NCBI GenBank assembly: GCA_963721385.1
Contig: CAVRJB010000019.1
Coordinates: 981,946-1,045,945 of the forward strand
Direction: 5' to 3'
From: an uncultured Acidobacteriota bacterium
GTDB taxonomy: Bacteria > Acidobacteriota > Thermoanaerobaculia > UBA5066
Length of the DNA stretch: 64,000 nt
Shown here in pieces: positions 8,742 to 20,982 of this stretch; position 1 is the stretch's first letter, and the number at the start of each line of letters is the position of its first letter. The position numbers and the translations under genes were made by a program. Below the pieces are notes generated by a model, which worked only from the letters and a program-made list of their open reading frames with translations, made no database searches and was not told the DNA's origin.

Positions 8742-10425
8742 TCGAGTTGCCGACGGTGGCGAGGCGCCGGCCCGACCGGTGGAGGCGCCGGACGAGCTCC
8801 TCGACGCGTTCGCCCTCGGCCGGGCCTTCGAGAAGCGTGACGAACGGCCGCCCGACGGTCTCGACGAGGGCCGACACGGCGTAACGGCCTGGCCGAAGCG
8901 GCTCGCCCGGGAGGAGCACGCGCGCCCCCGGAAGGTAGTAGTTCGTCGCGAGGCCCGAGTAGACGACGATCGTCGTGTCGTTCTCCCAGCCCTTTTCGCG
9001 CAGAAAGACGGAGAGCCTCTTCAAGTCCTGTCCCCAGTCGAGGTTCGAGTCCGAGAGCCATTCCCGTCCGCGCGCGGGCCCGCCGGCGAAGACGTTGAAA
9101 TAGGTGAACTCGTGCGGGTGGATCGATGCGAGGCTGACGCCGGCGGAGACGAGAAGTGCGGCTGACAGTGCGGCGAAGGTCCGCGGATGCAGCCGCCGCG
9201 CGGCGAGACCGGCGGCGGGGATGATGAGAAGCGGGTAGACGGGCAGGATGTGACGAACGCCGATGTTGAAAGCGGAGCCCATGGCGGCGAGGAAGAGAGC
9301 GGCCGCGGGGAGGAGGAGGCCAAGGCTCCAGTAGCCGGCGAGTTCGCGCCGGCCGAGAAACGGCAGGAGCGCGACGAGGACGAGGACGGCAGGTGTCGTC
9401 TTGACGAGGAAGGCGGTCGGGAAATAGGCGGGAGTGCCCGATTCGGACGTTCGGCCCCTGAAGTAGTTCGAGCCCCGGCCCTTCCGGCTGAAGAGGGAAA
9501 CCCCCTCGAGCCCCGCGGCATAGTGGGCGAGGGGAGGCGTCATCGCTGAGAGGCGCGCGACGCGGACGAGCGAGGCCTCGTCGGCGCCGCGCCGGGAGAG
9601 AAACTCGCGCTGAGCACGCGCGGCGTATTCGGCCGGCATCGCCCGCAGACATGCGGCGTAAGCGCCCCCGACGACGAGGAGCGCGACCACGACCGACACG
9701 GCGGCTCCGACGAAGCGGTCGCGGACGACGGCGGGGGACGGGCGGGGCTCCTCGCACCGAAGGGAGAGGAGGGGGAGAGCGAGGAGTATCGGGACGAGGA
9801 CGACAGCCGAGAATTTCGTCGCGAGGGAGAGGCCGAGCAGGAGCCCCGCGAGGAGCCACCAGCCCAGGTTCCGCCGGCGCGCCGCGACGAGCCCCGCGGC
9901 CAGCGTCGCGAGCATCGTGAGCGTGGCGCCGACGTCGGTGTGCACGACGCCGGCGTTCGCGACGAAATTGGGCTCGAGCGCGATGAGCCCGGCCGCGAGC
10001 GGCACCGCGGCCGGAGAGAACGCCTGCCGCGTGACGATCCAGACGAGGACGACGAGGGCGGCGAGGAGCCACGGAAAGGGGCGGCGCCCGGCCGCGACGA
10101 TCCTGTCGGCGGGGATTCGATTGCCGTAGAGAAACCGGAGGTAGTTCCCGTGCGGCGAGTGGTCGAGCGGGGCCAGCCCCCACGAGGGCGGCACGAGATC
10201 GAGGCCGCGGAGCGCGGAGGCGCCGAGCACCTTCATCAGGGGAGGGTGCTCGAGGTTCAGCCAGTAGGTGCCGTCCCTCACGTACTCGGCGCCGGCGAAG
10301 AGGTGGAACGCCTCGTCGAGCGTCGGAGAGTCGTCGCGCTGGTGGTCCCGGACGAGTGCGACGGAGAAGGCGCAGAGTGCGGCGACGCCGATGACCTCCA
10401 GTAGCAGCGCCGTTCGTCGTCCCAT
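8683..10425 (-). CDS. GT-C fold glycosyltransferase (GT39/PMT_2, ArnT-like)
   Basis: DSPTLDEAFHL, LNLEHPPLMK, VHTD, LATKFSA, SDSNLDWGQDL; many hydrophobic helices. Confidence 0.85.
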   Translation of the reverse strand: MGRRTALLLEVIGVAALCAFSVALVRDHQRDDSPTLDEAFHLFAGAEYVRDGTYWLNLEHPPLMKVLGASALRGLDLVPPSWGLAPLDHSPHGNYLRFLYGNRIPADRIVAAGRRPFPWLLAALVVLVWIVTRQAFSPAAVPLAAGLIALEPNFVANAGVVHTDVGATLTMLATLAAGLVAARRRNLGWWLLAGLLLGLSLATKFSAVVLVPILLALPLLSLRCEEPRPSPAVVRDRFVGAAVSVVVALLVVGGAYAACLRAMPAEYAARAQREFLSRRGADEASLVRVARLSAMTPPLAHYAAGLEGVSLFSRKGRGSNYFRGRTSESGTPAYFPTAFLVKTTPAVLVLVALLPFLGRRELAGYWSLGLLLPAAALFLAAMGSAFNIGVRHILPVYPLLIIPAAGLAARRLHPRTFAALSAALLVSAGVSLASIHPHEFTYFNVFAGGPARGREWLSDSNLDWGQDLKRLSVFLREKGWENDTTIVVYSGLATNYYLPGARVLLPGEPLRPGRYAVSALVETVGRPFVTLLEGPAEGERVEELVRRLHRSGRRLATVGNSITIWELPPDAAPSAGTPPR

Positions 10426-10431
10426 CCGCGC

Positions 10432-10437
10432 ATTCTA
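10432..10437 (-). promoter_or_regulatory. -10 element (TAGAAT) of a probable leaderless transcript of the GT39 gene
   Basis: TAGAAT-gcgcgg-ATG; no Shine-Dalgarno in between. Confidence 0.55.
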
Positions 10438-10546
10438 GGGTTCACCCCTCGAGGCGCGCGGCAGCGGCAGATGCCCCCTGATGCATTTGAACCTGCCAAC
10501 GTATGAGAGCGGGTGCCTAGAATCCCCGTGGAAGGGGACCAACTCC

Positions 10547-12802
<2,256 letters not shown>

Positions 12803-12916
12803 CCTGGCGCCTTTTCATGGGATCGCGGGGTGAGGTCCTGAACGCCTCGCCCCGCTTTTCTTCCGGTTCGATCCGTCGGTATCGAACCTCGTCGGCGGCG
12901 TGAAGGTGCGGTCCGC

Positions 12917-12922
12917 TACGAT
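12917..12922 (+). promoter_or_regulatory. -10 element (TACGAT) of a probable leaderless GT2-GT4-priming transferase operon
   Basis: TACGAT-cggagc-GTG(12929). Confidence 0.5.
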
Positions 12923-12928
12923 CGGAGC

Positions 12929-14149
12929 GTGGATCCTCTCACCGTCGCGCTCGGCGCCGCGGCCGCGGCCTGTCTGCCGCCGCTCCTCGACGCGCTCGGA
13001 CGCTACCGCCGCGCGGCGTGGCCCTCTCCCGCGCCGCCGCCCGGAAAGTGCCCGGCGCGCGTCCTCGCCCTGATCCCGGCCCGGGCCGAGGGGACACGGA
13101 TGCTTCCGCTCTGCCGGGACCTGCGACGCGAAGGAGACGCGGCCGGCGTGGCCCTGGACGTCTGCGTCGTCCTCGATGGCGGGGACGCCCCGGCCGCGGA
13201 GGCACTCGCGGCCGAGGGCGTCGGCCCGCTCGTCAAGACGCCCGCGGGGCCGACGAAGGGCGCGGTGCTCGCGTTCGCGACGGAAGGGCTCGACGCGGAC
13301 GGGAGGATCGGCGCGGCGGACCTCGTGCTGGTCTTCGACGCCGACATGCGGCTCGCCAACGGCTTTTTCCGGGACCTCGCCGTGCCGGAGGGATGCGAGG
13401 CCTTCCAGCTGCCGGTCCGACCCTTGGGAGCCCCGGCTCCCGGCGCTCCGCGCGTCGAGGCGCTCTCTCTCGCGGCGGCACTCGTCGACGACCTCTCGCG
13501 CGACGAGGAGGGGCTTCCCGTCCGTCTCCGCGGGAAAGCGATGGGGTTCTCGCCGCGCGCCTGGCGGCTCGGGCCGGCGGCGGCGCTCCGGACGACGGCC
13601 GAGGATTCCGAGGCGACGCTCGCGCTCGCGGCGGCCGGCGTTCGCGTCCGGGCGCTTCCCAAGCCGTTCGCCTTCGACGAGCCTGCGGCCGGCGCCACGG
13701 CGATGGCGGCCTCGCGGGCGCGGTGGCTCGGCGGCCAGACGAAGCTCCTCGTGACCGGCTTCGCGAAGCTCCTCGCGATCGCGGCGCGGAGCCCGCGTGG
13801 AGCGTTCGTCCTCGCGGCGGACGTCTTCCTCCGCCCGAGGGCGTTCGTCTGGCTCTTTCTCGCCGCGGCCGCGCTTTTCGCGGACGCCGTCCTCGTCTTT
13901 CTTGCGGTGACGTTTCGCGTCGGCGGTCTCGCATTCACGCTCGCGGCGCTCCTCTCCGCCGGGGCCAAGGCCGCGCTCGTCGCCGAGGCGATGACGCTTG
14001 GCGCGGTCCGGAGCCGGATCGGCACGCCGCCGGAGGTCCCGCCGGTCGCCTTCGCGGACCTTCGTGCGGCGCTCGGCGTCTGGCTGAGGGCCGCCGCGAA
14101 GGCGCTGAAAGCGCCTTCCGACTGGCACCGCGCGAGGCCCGCCGCGTGA
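12929..14149 (+). CDS. Glycosyltransferase family 2 (membrane-anchored)
   Basis: VLALIPARAE, TKGAVL, DLVLVFDAD (DxD), GKAMGF, TAEDSEATL, SRARW; C-terminal TM helices. Confidence 0.85.
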   Translation: MDPLTVALGAAAAACLPPLLDALGRYRRAAWPSPAPPPGKCPARVLALIPARAEGTRMLPLCRDLRREGDAAGVALDVCVVLDGGDAPAAEALAAEGVGPLVKTPAGPTKGAVLAFATEGLDADGRIGAADLVLVFDADMRLANGFFRDLAVPEGCEAFQLPVRPLGAPAPGAPRVEALSLAAALVDDLSRDEEGLPVRLRGKAMGFSPRAWRLGPAAALRTTAEDSEATLALAAAGVRVRALPKPFAFDEPAAGATAMAASRARWLGGQTKLLVTGFAKLLAIAARSPRGAFVLAADVFLRPRAFVWLFLAAAALFADAVLVFLAVTFRVGGLAFTLAALLSAGAKAALVAEAMTLGAVRSRIGTPPEVPPVAFADLRAALGVWLRAAAKALKAPSDWHRARPAA

Positions 14150-15252
14150 AGGCGCTTCTCGTCGTCCCGCGTCTCCCGGGAACCGGATACACCGGGGACC
14201 GGCTCCGCGCCGGAATCCACGCGGCCGCGCTCGCGCGGGCCGGATTCGAGGTCTCATTCGCGAGCGCCCCGGCCCCGGGGTTCTTCGGCGCGGGGCTGGG
14301 CCTCGTCCGGGCGCTCGTGTCGGGCGGGCCGTTGCAGTCGGCCCTCTTCTCGGGAGGCTGGCGGGACGCGCTTTCCGGGGCCGCCCGCGACGCGGGTCTC
14401 GTCGTCGTCCTCCTGCCGCAGAGGCTGCCGGCGACCGTGCGGGAGCATCTGCCGGCTGCTCCCGCCGTCTTCGACTACATCGACGCCCTCGGCTTCGCCG
14501 CGAGGCAGGCGGCCTCGGCGGACCGGGCGGCCTGGCGGAGGCTCTACTGGCGTTTCGATGCGCCCCGGCTGGAGGGCGCCGAACGGGAGTCTGCCGGGCG
14601 GGCGAGCGTCCTCATGGCGACGACTCCGGCGGATGCCAGGCACCTTCCGGCCGGGACAGAGTCGGTCCCGAACGGCGTCGAGATCTTGCCGCTCGCGGAG
14701 CGGGCGCGGGGACCGGTCGTGGCCTTCACCGGGCGGCTGCGATACCGTCCGAACGAGTTGGCGGTTGAGACTCTGCTCTCCGAGGCGTGGCCGCGCGTGC
14801 GGCACGCTTTTCCCGCCGCCGAGCTCCGCCTCGGCGGGGCGGACGCGCCGGCGCACCTCACCCGGCGCCACGGCCGGGACGGCGTGACGGTCACGAGCCC
14901 GGTCTCCGACATGCCGGCGTTCCTCCGCGAGGCGCGCGTCGCGGCGGTCCCCGTCGACCTCGGCACGGGGACGCCGAACAAGCTCTTCGAGGCGTTCGAG
15001 GCAGGCTGCGCCGTGGTCGCCACGCCGGCGGCTCTCGCGCGGGCTGCGGACGGCGAGAGCGTCCCGCCCGGCCGGGTGGCGTCGTCGCCGGCCGAGGTGG
15101 CCGCCGCGATCGTCCACTACCTGGGTCAGCCAGAGGCGGCCGCCATGGACGGTCGCGCCGGCCGCGTGTGGGTCGAGGCCCACGCCGACCGGGAAAAGAC
15201 CCTTGCGGCACTCGCGGCGCTCTATGCGCGGGCGCTCGGGGGGCGCGCGTGA
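14146..15252 (+). CDS. Glycosyltransferase family 4 (GT-B)
   Basis: GTGA overlap with the upstream stop; YTGDRLR, VPNGV, FTGRLRYRPN, GTPNKLFEAFEAGCAVVAT. Confidence 0.85.
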   Translation: MKALLVVPRLPGTGYTGDRLRAGIHAAALARAGFEVSFASAPAPGFFGAGLGLVRALVSGGPLQSALFSGGWRDALSGAARDAGLVVVLLPQRLPATVREHLPAAPAVFDYIDALGFAARQAASADRAAWRRLYWRFDAPRLEGAERESAGRASVLMATTPADARHLPAGTESVPNGVEILPLAERARGPVVAFTGRLRYRPNELAVETLLSEAWPRVRHAFPAAELRLGGADAPAHLTRRHGRDGVTVTSPVSDMPAFLREARVAAVPVDLGTGTPNKLFEAFEAGCAVVATPAALARAADGESVPPGRVASSPAEVAAAIVHYLGQPEAAAMDGRAGRVWVEAHADREKTLAALAALYARALGGRA

Positions 15253-16631
15253 GGCCTCGCGGGCGGAAGGCCGGGAGGACCCTCGTCCTCGCGCTCGGCG
15301 ACTCGGTCACCGCGTGCATCGTGTTCGTTCTCGTCGTCGCGCTCCGCCGGAACGTCCCGCTCCCGTTCACGAAGGAGCTTCTCCCCGAGCAGAGGGTCCC
15401 GCTGGAGCTGTTCCCGTGGCTCGTCTGCGTGGCGGCGGCGGCGCTCCTCGCCCTCACTCTCGCCGGGACGTACGACGAGCCCGCCGCGTCGGTCCGGGAG
15501 CGCGGAGGCCTCCTCGTGTCGGCCCTTCTTGCGGCGGCGTTCCTCGTGGCGGTCTATTTTTTCGCGGGCCGCGCGCTGCCGCGCACGGTCATTCTGATCT
15601 TCGCTCCGGTCCTCTGGCAGGCGCTCGAGCTCTGGAGGCTCGCGGCTGCGCGGCTCGTGCCGATCGGCGTGAGACCCGTGATCGTCCTCGGGGACGGTGA
15701 AGACGCGGAAAGCGCCGCGGCCGCGCTCGCCTCCGGCGCCATCACCGGCCACCGGCTCCTCCTCTTCCGGAGGGACTTCGACTTTCTCCGTCCATCGCGT
15801 CGAGAGGAAGGCGCGCTGCTCTCCCGCGACGGGCTCGACGCGTTGCTCGCGGCCGAGGGCCCGGTGGACCTCGTCTTCGCGTCGTCCCGGCCGGAGGACC
15901 GGCTGGTTCTCGTCGGCCTCCTCGAGCGGAGCCTGGAGCACGACTTCGACCTCTGGATCGTGCCGGGCCTGACGGACGTCGTCGCGACGCGCGTCGTGAC
16001 GCGCTCCCTCGGCGACCTCCCGCTCATGCCGGTGGCGACTCGCGGAGCGGGGCTCGCCGCGCGGACGCTCCGACGCACCATCGACCTGACCCTCGGGACC
16101 GTCCTTCTGGTCCTCTCGATCCCGTTCCTCGCGGTCGTCAGCCTCACGGTGGTCCTCGAGAGCCGCGGGCCGGCGTGGCTGAAGCAGCGGCGTGTGGGCC
16201 TCCACGGCGTCCCGTTCGACCTCTGGAAGGTCCGGACGATGCGCGAAGGAGCGGAGGCCGGGACCGGGCCGACGCTCGCGGCGGCGGACGACGACCGGAC
16301 GACGCGCGTCGGACGGCTCCTCCGGAAGTCACGGCTCGACGAGCTGCCGCAGCTTCTCCACGTCGTGGGCGGCCGGATGAGCCTCATCGGTCCGCGTCCG
16401 GAGCGGCCGGAGTTCGTCGCGGAGTTCGAGCTGCAGGTGCCGGCCTACCGCCTCCGGCACGCGCTGAAGCCGGGGATCACGGGCCTCGCGCAGGTCATGG
16501 GGGCGTACGCCACGAAGCCCGACGTGAAGCTCCGGTACGACCTCGGCTACCTCTTCCACTGGAGCCCGTTCCTCGACCTCTTCATCCTCCTCCGAACGAT
16601 CGTGACCGTCCTGAAGGGGACGGGGGTCTAG
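15249..16631 (+). CDS. Polyprenyl-phosphate glycosyl-1-phosphate (priming) transferase, WcaJ/WbaP family
   Basis: GTGA overlap; N-terminal TM helices; C-terminal RTIDL, KVRTM, DDRTTRVGRLLRKSRLDELPQL, MSLIGPRPE, KPGITGLAQV. Confidence 0.92.
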   Translation: MRPRGRKAGRTLVLALGDSVTACIVFVLVVALRRNVPLPFTKELLPEQRVPLELFPWLVCVAAAALLALTLAGTYDEPAASVRERGGLLVSALLAAAFLVAVYFFAGRALPRTVILIFAPVLWQALELWRLAAARLVPIGVRPVIVLGDGEDAESAAAALASGAITGHRLLLFRRDFDFLRPSRREEGALLSRDGLDALLAAEGPVDLVFASSRPEDRLVLVGLLERSLEHDFDLWIVPGLTDVVATRVVTRSLGDLPLMPVATRGAGLAARTLRRTIDLTLGTVLLVLSIPFLAVVSLTVVLESRGPAWLKQRRVGLHGVPFDLWKVRTMREGAEAGTGPTLAAADDDRTTRVGRLLRKSRLDELPQLLHVVGGRMSLIGPRPERPEFVAEFELQVPAYRLRHALKPGITGLAQVMGAYATKPDVKLRYDLGYLFHWSPFLDLFILLRTIVTVLKGTGV

Positions 16632-16635
16632 CCCC

Positions 16636-18540
16636 TCAGAGCTTCGGGGCGAGACCGTCGGGGAGGTCGGGGGGCCTGCCCCCCTCTCGGAGGCGGATCT
16701 CCGCGTCCTTGATCGACTGCTTCATCGAGGCGGCGTCGACCGCCGGCGGGAGCGCCCAGATGAGCCGCGGGAGGATCCAGATCGATCGACGCCAGAACTG
16801 GAACGCCTTTTCCCGCGCCTCGGGGCTTCCCTGGGACGCGACGAGGGCCAGGTTGAAGTCGGTCTCGGCGCGCTCCTCGATCGACAGCGACCTCAGGTAG
16901 GCGAGGAATGCGTTCTCCCAGTCGCGTTCGAGCCGATAGCTGGAGCCGAGGGCCATCCAGCCGGTGGTGCTCCGGCTCCGGAGGTCGAGCGCTCGGCGAA
17001 GCTGGCGCCGGGCAGAGTCGTTCATTTCGGAGCGGTCGCCGCCCTCGAGAAGGCCCGCCCCGCGGAGTCGGCTTTCACCGTCGGCCTGGAGCCACCCCGC
17101 CCAGAAGCGAAGGCCGACGGTGGCCGTCATACCGACGAAGAGAAGGGAAAGAAAGGCGGCGACGGGCGCGGCGGACGACTTCCGCGGGCCCGGCCGCGCT
17201 CCGCTTTCCGAAACGCGCCGGAAGGCGAGCCCGGCGACGTATCCGAAGGGTCCCGAGACCACGGCGAGCCGGAGCGGAAAGCTGGCGACGGAAAGGACCC
17301 CGAACGCCGACAGGAGCACGAAGAGCTCTTCGGCACCAACGGGCGGCCTCGCGCCCTCCGCACGCTCTCGGCGGGACGCGCGAGCGAGCCCGGTCGCGAG
17401 AACCCCCGCCGAGCCGAGCGCGAGAAGCGCCGCCGGAAGCCCGCATTCGGCGGCGAGGGTCAGGGGGTCGCAATGGGCGTTCTCGAAATGCGCGGCGTCG
17501 GACGAGTGGACGAGCCGGCGGCCCGTCCGTTCCTCGGCGCGGAGCCGGGCCGGAACGAAGGCGTTCTCGAACGCTCCGGGCCCGACGCCGAGGAGCGGAT
17601 GGGCCCGGATCATTTCGGCGGCGGCGAAAAAGCCGATGTCGCGCTGGGTCGTCGCCTTCGCCATCTGGCCCCGGGCCAGCTGGTCAGCCTTCACGAAGGC
17701 CCGCCGGCCGGCGCCGGTCACGCCGAGCACGGCTGCGACGACGAGGAGGCCGGCGGCGAACGCTTTCCACCGGGCGCGGAAGTCCATGAGCAGATGCAGC
17801 GCCCAGCCGGCGAGGAACGCAACGAGCGGGGCGATCGCCTCCGCGACGCCGAGCCCGAGCAGGACGAGGAGGAGGCCGGCGCCCGCGACGAGGCGCCGCC
17901 GGAGGGATGCCGCTCCGGTCACGCGCATCCAGAGGAGGAGAGCGGGAAAGACCAACGCCGCCGCGACGTCCCCGGGGTTTCCGATCAACGCCGCGGCGTG
18001 GAACCGCGGCTCGACGGCGGGAATCTCGAGAACACGGAAGATCCCCGGGAAACGCTGGAGCGCGGCGAGAAGGCCGGTGAAGGCGCCGGCGATCGCGAGC
18101 AGCCCGAGCGCGCGCGGCGCGCAGGCCTCGCCGGCCTTCGACGCGCCGGCGATCGCCAGGACGAGAGGAGCGAGAACCGCCGCCGACGCCAGCGGATCGA
18201 CGCGGTGGGCGTTGAGGAGACCGGAGAGGACGGCGAGCCCGAGTGTCGACGCGAGGAGCAGGACGACGGCCCGCGGGAGAGGGGAGCCGTCCGCGGGCGG
18301 CAGGCCCTGCGGCCGCCGGAGCGCCGTGACGATGAGGCCCGCAAGAGCCAGCGCCCCGCCTGCGGCCGTGGCGAGGAGCTTCGAGTCGCGGAGGAGCCCG
18401 GAAGAGAACGAGGAGTAGAAGGCGTGCGGCAGGGCGAGGGCGACGAAGATGCCGAGCGGGACGAGGAGCGCTTCGATCCCCTCGCTCCCCGCGGTCGCCG
18501 GGGCCGGGCGGCCAGGGCCGGTCGACTTCTTCGGCGGCAT
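16636..18540 (-). CDS. O-antigen ligase/Wzy_C-family membrane protein with C-terminal TPR-like helices
   Basis: Multiple TM helices; LIGNPG, HPLLGVGPGAF, NAHCDPLTLAAECGL (variant of the HAHN loop motif); TPR-like tail. Confidence 0.8.
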   Translation of the reverse strand: MPPKKSTGPGRPAPATAGSEGIEALLVPLGIFVALALPHAFYSSFSSGLLRDSKLLATAAGGALALAGLIVTALRRPQGLPPADGSPLPRAVVLLLASTLGLAVLSGLLNAHRVDPLASAAVLAPLVLAIAGASKAGEACAPRALGLLAIAGAFTGLLAALQRFPGIFRVLEIPAVEPRFHAAALIGNPGDVAAALVFPALLLWMRVTGAASLRRRLVAGAGLLLVLLGLGVAEAIAPLVAFLAGWALHLLMDFRARWKAFAAGLLVVAAVLGVTGAGRRAFVKADQLARGQMAKATTQRDIGFFAAAEMIRAHPLLGVGPGAFENAFVPARLRAEERTGRRLVHSSDAAHFENAHCDPLTLAAECGLPAALLALGSAGVLATGLARASRRERAEGARPPVGAEELFVLLSAFGVLSVASFPLRLAVVSGPFGYVAGLAFRRVSESGARPGPRKSSAAPVAAFLSLLFVGMTATVGLRFWAGWLQADGESRLRGAGLLEGGDRSEMNDSARRQLRRALDLRSRSTTGWMALGSSYRLERDWENAFLAYLRSLSIEERAETDFNLALVASQGSPEAREKAFQFWRRSIWILPRLIWALPPAVDAASMKQSIKDAEIRLREGGRPPDLPDGLAPKL

Positions 18541-18568
18541 TTTCCGGAGAATAGCCCGGGCGCGAGCT

Positions 18569-19654
18569 TCAGCGCGCGGCGGAAGACAGGCGATGGAGGC
18601 TCAGTACTTTCAGCAGAAAGCCGCCATGGGCATGGCGAGAAAGCTCAGCCGGGCGAAGCAGCCGGAGTCCCCATCGCATCAACGGCCGGCGGCGGACCCG
18701 GCGAGAGGGCTCCGTTTCTTCGAAGGTGAAGACGTCGACGACATACCGCCTGTCGAGGACGGAGTGGCGAAGCCGTCCGAGCGGCACGAGAGGCCCGGCT
18801 TCGCGGCCGGCGGCAGGCCCCCATTCCTTTCGAAGGATCTCTTCAGGCCGTTTCTTCTTGCGAACGGGAAACAGCGGAGTGACGAGCTGCCCGGGCACGA
18901 GGTGCCGATCCTCGACGAGGACCAGCCGGCCGCGGCGGAGCGCGAGGCCGGTCACGAACCGGAGCACCGTCGTCTTCTTCCTCTTCGCGGCCCGCGGATA
19001 CTGCTCCGGCCGTCCCTCCCGTGCTGCCGCGCACGCGTTCCCGAGGGGGCACTCGCCGCAGAGGGGCGCGCGAGGCTTACAGACCATCGCCCCCAGCTCC
19101 ATCACGGCCTGGTTGAAGTCGCCGGGCGAGTCGGGGTCGAGGAGGGCGTCGGCCAGCTCCCGGACGCGGGCGAGGCCGCGCGGCGTCTTCGGGTCGACGC
19201 GGAGCGCGAAGAGGCGTGAGATCACGCGGACGACGTTCCCGTCGACGACGGCGGCGGCCTCGCCGAAGCAGATGGACGCAACGGCCGCCGCCGTGTACGG
19301 ACCGACGCCCGGCAGCTTTTCGAGCTTGCTGGCCGATTCCGGGAAAGAGCCGCCGGAAGCCGCCACGGCCCGCGCCGCCCGGTGGAGGTTCCGGGCGCGC
19401 GTGTAGTAACCGAGGCCGCTCCATTCCGCGAGGACCTCGCGCTCGGAAGCCCGAGCCAGCGCCTCCACGTCGGGGAAGCGCCGGAGGAAGCGCCGCCAGC
19501 GCGGCGTCACCGTGGCGACGGTCGTCTGCTGGAGCATGACCTCGGAGACCCAGACCGGGTACGGGTCTTTCGTCCGCCGCCACGGGAGGTCGCGGGCGCT
19601 CTTTTGGTACCAGGCGACAAGGGCTCGGCGAGTCGGCGCGACGGGTCGCAGCAC
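18569..19654 (-). CDS. mutY: A/G-specific adenine glycosylase
   Basis: RDLPWRR, WVSEVMLQQT, WSGLGYYTRARNL, LPGVGPYTA, VDGNVVRV, Fe-S motif CKPRAPLCGECPLGNAC. Confidence 0.96.
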   Translation of the reverse strand: MLRPVAPTRRALVAWYQKSARDLPWRRTKDPYPVWVSEVMLQQTTVATVTPRWRRFLRRFPDVEALARASEREVLAEWSGLGYYTRARNLHRAARAVAASGGSFPESASKLEKLPGVGPYTAAAVASICFGEAAAVVDGNVVRVISRLFALRVDPKTPRGLARVRELADALLDPDSPGDFNQAVMELGAMVCKPRAPLCGECPLGNACAAAREGRPEQYPRAAKRKKTTVLRFVTGLALRRGRLVLVEDRHLVPGQLVTPLFPVRKKKRPEEILRKEWGPAAGREAGPLVPLGRLRHSVLDRRYVVDVFTFEETEPSRRVRRRPLMRWGLRLLRPAELSRHAHGGFLLKVLSLHRLSSAAR

Positions 19655-19670
19655 GGCGCGGTCCCCGGCG

Positions 19671-20273
19671 TCAGTCGAGCTGTTTCCGGAGGCGGATCAG
19701 CCCCTGCCGGATCCGCGTCTTCACCGTCCCGAGGGGCTGTTTCAGCATCGTCGCGATCTCCACGTGCGTCAGCCCCCGGAAGAACGCCAGCTCGACCGCA
19801 ATCCGCTGCGCGGAAGGGAGCGTCTTCATCGCGTCCTTGAGGACGTCGCGGGTCTGGCGGAACGAGGCGACCTGGTCGGGGGAGGCCTCCTCGTCGAGTG
19901 GGTCGAGCTTCACGGCGGGGTCGTCGAACGAGATCGTCCGGTCCTCCCGGCGGTGGCGGGCGCGGAGGCGATCGATGGCCCGGGACCGGGCCACCGTGAA
20001 GATCCACGCGGGGGGCGATCCGCGCGACGGGTCGTAGCGGTCGGCCTGCTGCCAGATCTGCCAGAAGGCGTCGAGAGTGACGTCCTCGGCCTCCTCGGCG
20101 TTCTGGAGGACCTTCCAGACGAGCGAGTTCACGGGCGCCGAGTAGCGTCCGTAGAGAACCTCGAGCGCGGCGGCATCGCCCCCCCGGATCCTCTCGAGAA
20201 GAGCCAGGTCCGAGACGCCGCCGTCATGTCGCGAGTCGGCTGCACGACCGGGGGTCTCGTTCGTCCGGGACAT
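19671..20273 (-). CDS. ECF-type sigma-70 factor (SigK-like)
   Basis: GDAAALEVLYGRY, AEDVTLDAFWQIW, WIFTVARSRAIDRLR, AFFRGLTHVEIA...PLGTVKTRIRQGL. Confidence 0.93.
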   Translation of the reverse strand: MSRTNETPGRAADSRHDGGVSDLALLERIRGGDAAALEVLYGRYSAPVNSLVWKVLQNAEEAEDVTLDAFWQIWQQADRYDPSRGSPPAWIFTVARSRAIDRLRARHRREDRTISFDDPAVKLDPLDEEASPDQVASFRQTRDVLKDAMKTLPSAQRIAVELAFFRGLTHVEIATMLKQPLGTVKTRIRQGLIRLRKQLD

Positions 20274-20284
20274 GCCCGATGAGA

Positions 20285-20947
20285 TTAGCAGGCCGGTTCG
20301 AGCGATGCGGGCGGCACGTCGAAGAGGATCCGTGCGAAGCGCGAGGGGACGTGAAAATCGGGCGGCGACGCGCGGAATGTCGGGGAGAGCGCCTGGAACC
20401 GCGTTGTCCGGCCCCGCGCGATCCGGTAGGCGTTGAGGCGCCGCTCGTCACCGAGCGACGGCGGAAGCCCCGAGGCCGAGAGCGACCTCCACGGCACCTC
20501 GATCCGGCAGCGCCACCGCGTCCACGCCGCGGGGGGCGCACCCGCCGGCTCGCCCGCGACGTCGACGGTGAGCCCTTCCGGGAGGTGGCCCGGGGCGAGC
20601 GTCCAGGTGGCGCGGCTCCCGTCGGGGTTCCGGACCTCGGCGCCGTAGCGCTCGCCGGCCGGGTTGACGACGATCTCCAGGTAGGCCGCGGGATCGCCCG
20701 GATCGGCCACGAAGAGCTCCACGCACTCGTCCTCGTAGACGGGCCCACCCGCGGGCGAGGTCACCTTGAGCGGCGGCTCCGCCTCGGCTTCGAAGACGAC
20801 GGCGAGGATGCGCGGCGACGCGGCGAGGGCGACGAGCGTCCGCGGACCCGCGTCCGGCGAGCCGCCGACGTCGAGGAGGGGGACACGCGCGACCCCGGCG
20901 AGCTCCGGGCCGAGACGTCCGTCCGGGACGAGCGAGATCCGGAGCAT
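20285..20947 (-). CDS. CBM9-like/DOMON-fold sugar-binding domain protein
   Basis: VYEDECVELFV, YLEIVVNPAG, WRCRIEVPW, RLNAYRI, DFHVPSRF. Alternative start at 20992. Confidence 0.7.
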   Translation of the reverse strand: MLRISLVPDGRLGPELAGVARVPLLDVGGSPDAGPRTLVALAASPRILAVVFEAEAEPPLKVTSPAGGPVYEDECVELFVADPGDPAAYLEIVVNPAGERYGAEVRNPDGSRATWTLAPGHLPEGLTVDVAGEPAGAPPAAWTRWRCRIEVPWRSLSASGLPPSLGDERRLNAYRIARGRTTRFQALSPTFRASPPDFHVPSRFARILFDVPPASLEPAC

Positions 20948-20982
20948 GGGGATCCCGGCCGCGGGGGAAGGGCCGGGAGGAG

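Noticed and set aside
12865-12888. Perfect 8-bp hairpin GGTTCGAT-N8-ATCGAACC after maeB as an intrinsic terminator or repeat element
   Set aside because: No U-tract on the appropriate side and no second copy seen in the window.
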